DNA of 64,000 nucleotides from the human T2T-CHM13v2.0 reference genome, Homo sapiens: the NCBI RefSeq assembly GCF_009914755.1, contig NC_060931.1; one strand, given 5' to 3'. The notes beneath the pieces were generated by a model. That model made no database searches. It worked only from the letters and a program-made list of their open reading frames with translations, and was not told where the DNA came from. Positions 53,980 through 64,000 of the stretch are shown here, one piece after another. The position numbers and the translations under genes were made by a program. How positions within the stretch are numbered: the stretch's first letter is position 1; every line of letters begins with the position of its first letter.

Positions 53980-54340
53980 CATCATTTGTTTCACCTTCAA
54001 TTTTGTATTTGTCTCTTTTGTTGCCCTGTCCGTAGGAAAGCAAATGCCAAGGTGTCCACCTTTCGTCTCTCTCATGTTTATTCTACTCCTTGACCATTTG
54101 CTTCTCTTTTCTACCCCTTACACCTGGGTCTAACAAGGTCATCTTTCATGTTCCTGACTTTATTTGCATCAACATCTATTTTCCATTTCATTTTGTCCAA
54201 TGTCCCTTTCATTTCTGTACTGGAGTTATTTTTCTCTTCTGCTTTGTTTCTCAGCTCTGCTGGGCCCATTTTCCTCTCCTCCTGCCTGAGTTTGTAAAAT
54301 TTCTGTTTCTCTGAGCCTTTGATTCTGAGATGCATCATTT
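53980..54340 (-). mobile_element. Ancient L1/HAL1 ORF1 coiled-coil remnant
   Basis: Minus ORF 54111-54338 (...AELRNKAEEKNNSSTEMKGTLDKMKWKIDVDANKVRNMKD) resembles the ORF1p coiled coil. Confidence 0.45.
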
Positions 54341-56239
54341 CTCACCCTGGGAATGGAATTGCCCAGCACCTTTTCTTTCCTGAGTTTTCCTTCTGTGTTA
54401 TTTGTTTTTTTAAAAAATGATATTTGTTACCTGCCCTTTTCTTATCATATCCACTCATAGGCCTGAAGTCAGGATTTTAAGTCCTCTCTATCTGAGCCAA
54501 AAAATTACCTAGCAAAAAGATGTGAGGATGAGTGGAGAAGGGGATTGGGCAGAGAAGCCACGTGACGACAGTGGGCAGTGGGTGTGGAGTTAGATGTCAG
54601 AGCAAAGCTTCACTCTCCCCTGATGAGTGTGGCCCCAATGGAGGCTCAGGTACTTAACAGTGACAATTTCATTAGTGTGTTTTCCTTCAGATGACTCTAG
54701 TTATCAGCTGAAAAGATGATTGTCTGCAATATTTCTACGACCCTCCAAAACAGGCATCTGCTTCTGCCCTCTGAGCTCTCACTGTCCCTGCAGGCTGCAC
54801 AAGCGTAGGCTAAGGGAGAGGCTGTCAGTTGGGCCTTCAAATCCCGGCAGAAATGTGTGTGCTGCAAGAGAAGATTGATACCCTAGCCACCATTCTGGGC
54901 CACATTTTACCAATTTTTTAGCTATTCTTTATAGCCTGGGACCTATGGTTTTGGCCCCTGAAGATGGACTTTCATCTCTAAGTTATGTCTTTCATTGTTC
55001 TCAAGGGAATATTAGAAAAGAAAAAGGCTTTCTTTTTTCCTCCTTTAACTGGAAAACTGTACTATTTTATAATCAATAAAAATAGGACATATGTGCAATA
55101 GAAATTCTTGAAAACATTAATCATAGATCAGAAATTGTTGTTACATTTTTGGACTGTTAGAGAAACGCATTCTATGGGCTGGCAAGTAGACATTATAGGA
55201 AGGACAGACTTTTATTATTCAAATGTTGTAGTTAATCTGACTCCCTTCTCCATTAGCCTTATATTTAGTTGTCATTCTAAGAAGATTATATGTATATGTT
55301 TATAGGTATGTCCACTTTAATTTATATATTCCTAGATTTTATAGACATTATGCTAATTGCTTTATAAACATTACCTTCCCTCTCCATAGCTAGGTATTTT
55401 TACCTCCAAACTCCCATTCACTGATAAAAGAAAAGCTAAGTAATTGCTCATGCAGCAAAATATGGGCAAACTGGGTTTAACTTCCATTTTCTCTATTGTA
55501 TAATTTTATCTTCTTTTGCATTTATGTGTTCTATACTGAAAAGTTGATGAGGCTGTATTGGGGCTGTTGATCAGATGGCACCATAATCCAAAAGTTAATT
55601 TTTATTTTATATTAAGAAATTTAATTTTATTATTTCTAGAAATATACAGGGAAGATGGCAACACAGTTACCTTATATAGAGAAAACTAAAAAAGAAAGAT
55701 TAAAGAGAGAGAGAAAGTGAGAGAGAGAGGAGGCTAAGAACAACATAAGAGTAAAAGGTCTAAAATTTTGGCAACCTTAATTAATATTAGGAACACAGTG
55801 TGTCTATTCCCTCCAATTCGCTTTCACTAAACATCATTTGAGATGTTTAACCCCAGAGGTAATTATCTAACTTAACTGCTCCTGACAGGAGGAACTCCAG
55901 GCAAATGAGTTCGGACCATATTCCTCTAAGCCAGTTACATCTAAATTCCGCTCAGAGCAGCTCTACCTCCTCCCTATGTTTCCAAATATCTACATAAGTT
56001 CCGGGACTCTGCTCTTCTTTAGCAACCAGGAGACAAGAGTTGCTCCTGCAAACAGATTGTGAGAATAACAAAGAGCAAATTGTGACAACATTAGCGTATG
56101 GTGAAACCTGATGTTATATGAAGTCTCCAAAAAATAAAAATAAATAAAAATGAAAACCTCTTTTTCAAACACACACCCTTGACAGATAAAATAAAACTTG
56201 AAAAAGTAACAGAATTCATAACAGTGAGCACTTATACAG

Positions 56240-56420
56240 TATTTATTCAGTTCTTTAAATGATTTTACTTGGAGTTACTCATTCTGTTCTCCCCATAACC
56301 CCATGAGATAGGTCTTGTGAATATCCCTAATTGTACAAAGAAGGAAACGGAGATCTATCAGTGCACAGCTGAGATTAGAGCTCAGGGCTCTGACTACAGA
56401 CGCCACAATGTTCCATTTTC
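56240..56420 (-). mobile_element. MIR fragment
   Basis: CATAACCCCATGAGATAGGT...TACAAAGAAGGAAACGGAG...CTCTGACTACAGA. Confidence 0.65.
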
Positions 56421-56509
56421 CCTACCTAACTAGGCAGAGGTGCACAATAAACATAACATTTAAATATAAAAGCAAGAATACTTTGGGAAGAACTTTGAAA
56501 AACCACATT

Positions 56510-58200
56510 CTTAATTCATTCAAAAAATATGTTTTGAGCACGCACTAGGTGTTGTAAACTATTTGAAGTATGGACGACTGCAGTTAAACACATACAAAAA
56601 AATCTGCTTTCACCAAGTTGACATTATAGCACAGAATCAGGTGGCGAGCTGAAGAAGTAAGTTAGGGGTGCTCAAAGGTGATCCGTTTAATGAGGAAAGA
56701 TGAAGTCGACATATCAGGAAACATTGCAATAAAGGTTGTTGGAAACGTTAATTTAAGAAGGTAACATTTCAGCAAAAATTTGTGTCTCATGGACTTCAGA
56801 GGAAGACTGTTCCTGAACGAGGAACCGGCAAGTGCAGAAGTCCAAAGATGGGTTCAGGGCTGGCATGTTTGCAGAAGAGCCCAGAGCCTGATGTCCTGGA
56901 GATGAGCTGGGGAGGCAGAGAATAGCAGAGATGGAGTCAGAGGAATATTGGGCGCCTGCCTGTCAAAGGCCTTGCAGTCTCTTCTAGATGAGTTGCCCTT
57001 TCCACTGAGTGATGCAGCAAGCCATGAGATGATTCTCAGCAAAGGTTTGCATGCATTTTGGAAGGCTCACTGGGCTGCTGTGCTAAGCATAAACAGTGAA
57101 AAGGAATGGGTAGAACGTAGGGCCCTAATAAGAGACAACTGCAGTAATCAGTCAATCAGAGTCAGGGCTTGAGTGAGGTTAATGGCAGTGGAAGTCATGC
57201 AGAGTGATCACCCTCAGGTTGGATTTTGAAGGTGGAACACAAATGATGAGATAGCTGTGTGTATGAGAAAAACAAATACACACAAGGAGGCAGAAGTCTC
57301 TTTCGTCAGTTGGAGGTATTTAGTATAAATAAACTGAAAGGAAGACTGTAAGTGCAGCAGACATTGATGCTGTTTAGGTTTGTGTTTACATTGTGGTGTC
57401 TGACATGCAGTGGCAATGCAGGGAAGGCACGTGGTTCTGTGGATCTGTTCTACAGTGGAGTGGTCGAGTCTGTAAATGAACTTTCCAGAGTAGAGTAGAT
57501 ATTTCAAACAGCTCACCAAAAGTGTGTCTGAGAAGAGAGCTCTCAGAACTGAGATCTGGGACAGTTCGGGTTGCGGCATAAGGAACAAGAGAAAGAGACC
57601 AAAACCAACAGGCCAGGAGAATGTGGTATTCTAGAACTCTGTGAATGATGGGTTTCTAGAAGAAAAAAAAACAAAAAAAACAAAAAAAAAACCAAAAAAA
57701 AACACTATCAACTACTACCCCAGCCGTTGTTACTTGACCACGTCACAAAAGATTGAGAATTACCGAGCGCTGGCATTAGTCAAGCAGAGGCAGTGTCTGT
57801 GAATGGTGCTTTTAAGCCACTGATTGTAGTAGAGTTGAGAGGAAATTGAATGAGTGGGTTTTAAAACAAAAGTCACCGAAACAGGGTGCATGGATACTGG
57901 AAGTGGAGTCAAGTGAGATTTTCTTTCATTATAGGAGTAGTAGCACAATATTTGTAGATTGATGAGAATTAAAAGTGTAGAGGTGAAAAACTCACGTTTC
58001 ACCAGTTTTCGCCAGAAAGAGGGATTGGGAATTGCTGAAGCAACACCTGTTGGTAGGGAGGGAGGTTTGGACCCTAGTGCATGATTGAGGGTCTGTTCTA
58101 GGCTTAGGGAAGAGCTAAGTGTGGATGGCTGGGGTACCTGCAGGTAGAAGAGGCAGTGGTGAAAATTTGCTGGAAGTTCTGTTGTGAATGAGTGGTTCTG
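56510..58200 (-). mobile_element. L2a-like LINE, long degraded fragment
   Basis: TTCATTCAAAAAATATGTTTTGAGCAC tail, GGAAGGCTCACTGGGCTGCTGTG, TGGCAGTGGAAGT, CCAGGAGAATGTGGTATTCTAGAA. Confidence 0.7.
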
Positions 58201-58301
58201 TTATGAATGAGTGGCTAAGGAGGGTGAAGGAGGCCTTGGAGCTGCAAGATAGAGGAGAGAGCATGAAATTTGAATAGACTGGGAACATAAATGGATTAGG
58301 A

Positions 58302-58564
58302 GAAACAAAATCAAATACTGCATATTCCCACTTATAAGTGCAGGCTAAGCAACCGGTACACATGGCCATACAGAGGAAAATAGATACTGGGGACTTGAAA
58401 TAGGGGGAGGATGAGAAGGGGGTGAGGATTGAAAACTTACCCGTTGGGTACAATGTTCATTATTTGGGTGATGATACAAACCTCACCATTTCACAATATA
58501 TCCACATAACAAGCCTGCACATGCACCCCCAAATCTAAAATAAACAAACAACTAAATAACTACC
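58302..58564 (+). mobile_element. Short 5'-truncated L1PB3/4-like 3' end
   Basis: AAATACTGCATATTCCCACTTATAAGTG...TTGGGTACAATGTTCATTATTTGGGTGATG...CTGCACATGCACCCCCAAATCTAAAATAAA; TSD core TGGATTAGGA on both sides (58292-301, 58565-74). Confidence 0.85.
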
Positions 58565-59928
58565 TGGATTAGGAAAACAATAATGAAAATTGTGTAACTT
58601 TAATGTCAATGTTGCCTTTTACCTTACTATATTATCTAGAGGCATTTTATATGAAATATTTTAAATCTTCTGTTAGAAGTTATCAGATTTGCTTTATTAT
58701 ATTAACTTTTCTCTATAACAAGAATTTTAGGATTTCTGTGATTTCAGGCTATCATTAAAATAATAATTTAGCTCCTCACATCAACCTTTATATTCCATTA
58801 ATGTTCCATAAAAAGTGTTAATAATAATTTTTTAAAGTAATTCAGATATTCAGCCATCAAAGCAAAATAAAATCCTAGTCAATACTCTCCTGTCTACTTT
58901 GCCTTTTTATGATTTTTTTTCCTGAGAGGAACTGTTCGTGGTAATCTTTATGCCAGGTGTCTCATTCTGAATCTCCCGTGAGCACATTAGGTATAATAAA
59001 ATGAGAGGAAAGGACTATTTCATCTCTTGGGGGGAATTTTTAAATTAATAATAATTGTTCATGCCTCCAACACAGATTATTGGCAGCACACTGAACATTG
59101 GTTTTGAAAAAGAGAGATTTCCAAAGATGATGTTATTTAAACAACACTCGATAATCAGCCATGTCTTCCTTGGTGGGAGCTTGCTGGCAGGGAAGCATAT
59201 GTCTCATATCTGTCTGTAAAGCATGAAATGAATAACTATAGCGGGCCACAGAAGTTCTGTAAGATGTTCTTAGGGTAATTTGGAATCTGTTGGAAGGCGT
59301 AGCAGTTGGAAATCTCATCAAGATTCTCTGCAGTGGTGAAAGCACGGTGAGGAAATCCTTTTAACTCTTACTGTAACTATTTTCCATAACATAATTTTAT
59401 GCTAAAATGATGCAAAAGATGAGCAAATATTGTCAAATAAAATTTCTGTGTAATATGCTCTTTGACTTAAATAAATACCTATCAACATAAAGAGGTGCAT
59501 AATATTTTCTACCTGGTAATATGTGGAAAATCCGATAAAATTTTGAATTGCTGGTTATAAAACAACTAGATGAAGTCAGTATTAACAGCTACACAAGACT
59601 TTTACATAATTGAAATTACATTGTATATACGGCTTTGAAAATGGGTCTTCTCACTTGACAATATATGGAATATACGGGGCATGAGGATTGTGCAATCTAT
59701 TCTCTCACCACCTATGCTCTTAAAGCCTCATGATAGATGTAATCCTTCCAGAAGGATGTAGCACGTGTTATTTAATCAATTTCTGTGTTCTTCAATTTTA
59801 GAATACTTCTAGTTTTTATAATATCAAATGCTACATTATTGAACACTCATATAGTAAACTTTTTCATACATTCAAAAAAGTGAACTAGGTGGTTCAAATA
59901 TTTTTAAAAGAAAAAAATAATTTCATAG

Positions 59929-60244
<316 letters not shown>

Positions 60245-60284
60245 TGACAATTTTTATTTTAAATCTGCCAATTTAAACTCCTAC

Positions 60285-61047
60285 TGAAATGGGAAAAGTT
60301 CCCTCACCCCCTTCACAGGGCGTGTGATGGGGTTGTGGCTTGCTTCTTCAGTTCCCCGTTGCTCATACCCCTAGGGGGAGGATGCAGACGTGCAGGTCTT
60401 GGGACTCCAGTATCATGGCAGCCTCCAGGGTTGAGTGTTTACAGCTCCTGAAGCCCCAGTGGGTGCATGTCACAGTGTGCCCTTTCCGTCTAGCCACCTG
60501 CAGGTGGATTGTGTTAAACAGCTCAATTAGACCCTCTGCCGTATTGCAAGGACAGAGAGCTTTCTGTATTTCAGGTTCTTGCCTTAGTGTACCAGAAAAA
60601 TCGGATCACACATGAGCTTGGAGGATGGGTGCAAGGTTTTTTATTGAGTGGTGGATGGGGAGGCCTAATGGAGAATGAAGTGGGAAGGTCGTCTTCCCAT
60701 GGAGTGGGGCCACCCAGCAGCCGGTCTCTCCTCCAACCAAATTCCCCTCAGTGTCTGCGTTGTTCCACCGTGGATGGCCTTCTTGCGTCTGCCAGTGTGT
60801 TCTTCTGCCAGTGTGCTCCTCTTGACATCCAGCCACTTGTGTCTGTGCCCACTACGGTCTCAGGGTTTTTATAGGCACAGGATGGGGGCATGGAGGGCCA
60901 GGGTCGTTCTTGGAAAAGGCAAAATTTGGGTGCAAAAACAGGAGTGCCTGTCCTCATCTATGTCTGTGGACACAGGCCTGAGTGTGAAGCCATAGCCTGG
61001 GACACACCCTTTTCTACCCAGCACTTCCCTGCCTCGCTCCCATATCA
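60285..61047 (-). mobile_element. LTR1-family (ERV1, HUERS-P type) solo LTR
   Basis: TG...CA termini with perfect 4-bp TSD CTAC; minus-strand TATA (CCTATAAAAA near 60870) and AATAAA (near 60640); minus strand begins TGATATGGGAGCGAGGCAGGGAAGTGCTGGGTAG. Confidence 0.8.
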
Positions 61048-61859
61048 CTACTATCAGCATAGAGAGTATGAGAAGGGTTATTTTGCTAGAAAATTAAGAT
61101 TCTTGCTAATTAGGACAGAAAATAAACATCGTCTTTTCCATGTGAATACCTTTGCTAGTGTTTGAGAATGATGTCATCTGGCCTATATGTGTTACAATTT
61201 AAAATTATCAGGCCTCTGACTTTTTTGTTAGGGAAAAGGAAATAATGGAGAAATCTAATATTTCCACACCCTAGTCCCCAAATCACTGAGAAACTATTTT
61301 TCTATCAGGGTTGCCCTATATTTCTTAGTGATGTTTGCAGATTTATATTATATATAGAATTGCCATATCATTCTTACCATGTCGATAGAGTTAATTTCTC
61401 CCTGAATTCTGTCAAGATTACAAAGACGTTTTCTATAATGTAATTCTTTTTCCTGAAGCAAACCTGTGCTGGGAAAGCTTTTCTTTATCTTTTTATTATT
61501 TCAAATTCATTATATTTTGTTGGCTTCATGTCATTTTTCCCTGTTTGCTCACCTTAATAGAGTTTTAGCTAGTGCTGGAATTTACCATTAAATACCATTA
61601 AATGAGCTCATTCTAAAATTTCCCTTGGTTGTTGAGAGAATTCAATCTTCTTGGTTTTTAATTTGAGATTATGTTTGATGGGCACAGCTTGTAGCCAAGA
61701 TTTTGTGGGCTTTGTACCTTTTACCGAGTTGATATATTTTTGCATAGTGGGCTGTCTGCTCTCCATCCTGATGAAGTACTCCCTCCCCAATGCTCCAGCT
61801 GCTTCTGAGGATCCTTATCATATGCCCCTGTGCAGCTCTGCAGACCATTTCTTTGCAAT

Positions 61860-62310
61860 CCCCCCTCTCCATCTAAGTAACTGCTCTTCTGGAACCATCA
61901 CCAGTTCCCTAAAAGTGCCAGGAGATCTCTCATCTCCAAAGATTTGCACGCAAATTTGTACCTGACTGAAGAGCTCTTCCTACAGCTTCTCCTGATTAAA
62001 GCATAAATTCACTCAAGTCACTGTCAATTCTCCAATGCCATGTTGATTTGTTTTGTTTTCTTATTCCAAAGTTCCAACACAAGACTTTATTTTCTGACCC
62101 TCCTGTATGTTCTCATACCACCATGTTTATTTAATACTTTTTCCTACTTATATTTGAATTCACTGTCCTGCAAATGAGTCTTTTATGTATTTCCCACTAG
62201 TTTGGATTCTTTAAAATATTAATTGTGTTATTCTTCTTTCTCTCTTGTACTGATATATTAATGTGCCTGACATGTAGTAGTGTTCAATAAGTTCTTTGGG
62301 AATTACTTAA
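61860..62310 (+). mobile_element. L2 3' end fragment
   Basis: GTGCCTGACATGTAGTAGTGTTCAATAAGTTCTTTGG L2 tail. Confidence 0.55.
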
Positions 62311-62787
62311 TGGACATATGCCTTATTTTGAGAGAAGGAATTTGTTTTTGAACAATCCAGCTAACACACTGTGTTGCAAACAACAATATTTACTCTAACA
62401 AATTAAAGCAGAAAGTATGCACAGTAGGGCTGCTCATGGAAACCCTGGTTTGTTCAGGGATCAGGTTTAGAAGCTCTGCAGGCACATACAACATAATAAG
62501 TACTAGGCGGTGGAGAACTTCACTGCTTCAGCCTTGGGCACTGGTGCCTTGGCTTACAGAGACAAACTGTGTGCTTGGTGAATGTGCAATGCAACCTCAA
62601 AGACATTCTCTGCTACTGTCTCAAAATCCTTGATATATTCCCATCACTCTTACTAGAATGAAATTTGCTGGTACCTTCTTCTCTATTTCTATTCTGAATA
62701 GAATTATTGACCAGGTACATTAAATTGGACAAAATTGCACCCAATCTCCACAGATATCTTCTCTCTTTTTTTCTGAGAGATGATCTG

Positions 62788-63602
62788 TGGCATGGTTTGG
62801 ATTCATGTCCCTGACCAACTCTCATGTCTGAATTAGAGGAGGGGCCTGGTGGGAGGTAATTGGATCATGGGGGAAGATTTCCCCCTTGCTGTTCTTGTGA
62901 TAGTGAGTTCTCAGGAGATCTGATGTTTGAAAAGTTTGTGGCACTTCACCCTTAGCTCGCTGTCTCTCTCCTGCTCTGCCATGATAAGATATGCTTGCTT
63001 CCTGTATTAGGGTTCTCTAGAGGGACAGAACTAATAGGATAGATGCATATGTAGAAGGGAGTTTATTAAGAAGTATTGACTCACACGATCACAAGGTGAG
63101 GTCCCACAACAGGCCAGACTGAGGAGCATGGAAGCCAGTCTGAGTCCCAAAGCTGAAGAACATGGAGTCTGTTGTTTGATGGCAGGAAGCATCCAGCACC
63201 GGAGAAAGATGTAGCCTGGGAGGCTAGGCCAGTCTATTCTCTTCATGTTTTTCTGTCTGCTTTATATTCTGGCTGTGCTGGCGGCTGATTAGATTATGCC
63301 CACCCACAAAAAGGGTGAGTCTGCCTTTCCCGGCCCACTGACTCAAATGTTAATCTTCTTTGGCAATACCCTCACAGACACACCCAGGAACAATACTTTG
63401 CATCCTTCAGCCCAATCAAGTTGATACTCAATAGTAACTGTCACATTTACCTTTCACCTTCTGCCATGATTGTAAGTTTCCTGAGGCCTCCCAGCCATGC
63501 TTCCTGTACAGCCTGGAGAACTGAGTCAATTAAAAGTCTTTTCTTCATAAATTACCCAGCCTCAAATAGTTCTTCATAGCACTGTGAGAATGGACTACTA
63601 CA
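62788..63602 (+). mobile_element. MSTA-like MaLR solo LTR, split by a nested MLT2A
   Basis: TGGCATGGTTTGG start, GGACTACTACA end, perfect TSD ATCTG (62783-87, 63603-07); sequence resumes at 63446-51 (CTTTCACCTTCTGCCATGATTG). Confidence 0.92.
63003..63445 (-). mobile_element. MLT2A (HERV-L) solo LTR nested in MSTA
   Basis: TGTATTAGGGTTCTCTAGAGGGACAGAACTAATAGG...TTGATACTCAATAGTAACTGTCACA; highly similar to 39875-40313. Confidence 0.92.
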
Positions 63603-63819
63603 ATCTGCTTCCAACTGCACACAGGCCATTCCTCACTTTCTGGAGCAGCCACATCTCCTTTTGCATAGATGATCTTTTTCCAACCAATGGTTATCTTGGA
63701 GAGGTTATACTTTGAGGGATGAAAGTGAGTGGCTGGTTTGGCTAAAGGGAAAGCATATTTTTGTGGTATCACTGGGTTCAAAACCCTTTAGTAAGCAAAA
63801 TCCTAATGTCTGTGAGTTG

Positions 63820-64000
63820 GGCTTCTAGTTAAGTGTAGTCTGTGCAACAAGTTTCTTAGTTTCTGCTTTTATCACTTACTATGTGATCCTAGTGAGTTCT
63901 TTAACTTCCTATTACTCATTGGTAAGTTGAGTACATAACAGTTCCTACCTCTGTGTTGAAAGAGGATTGAATAAGATAATGCATTTAACATAATACCTGA
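63820..64000 (+). mobile_element. MIR fragment
   Basis: CACTTACTATGTGATCCT...ATAACAGTTCCTACCTC...GAGGATTGAATAAGATAATGCAT. Confidence 0.65.

Overview
This is eukaryotic genomic DNA from a primate, most likely human or another catarrhine: it contains AluY, AluS and AluJ SINEs, L1PB, THE1/MST, MLT2A, Tigger1 and MADE1. It is AT-rich and CpG-poor, and it is dominated by fossil transposable elements of many ages. I recognise no protein-coding gene, RNA gene or CRISPR array. The supplied ORFs are degraded transposon proteins (Tigger1 transposase, L1 ORF1p/ORF2p), Alu/LTR/microsatellite read-through, or probably chance ORFs. About nine LTRs in both orientations fit intergenic DNA or a lncRNA locus better than a coding-gene intron (inference). 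Four things stand out: (1) a TSD-flanked L1PB with an intact 5' end but an internal deletion-inversion-deletion in ORF2, plus a templated-insertion scar; (2) a non-repeat, locally CpG-retaining transcription-factor motif cluster at about 13.8-14.25 kb (candidate promoter/enhancer); (3) two MLT2A/MST LTR pairings, one head-to-head and one nested, from DUX4/early-embryo-responsive families; (4) a half MADE1 that keeps one Hsmar1 terminal repeat. I found no evidence of a new multi-gene biological system. Repeat family names come from my recollection of consensus sequences, not from a RepeatMasker run, so subfamily calls and the boundaries of old elements are approximate.
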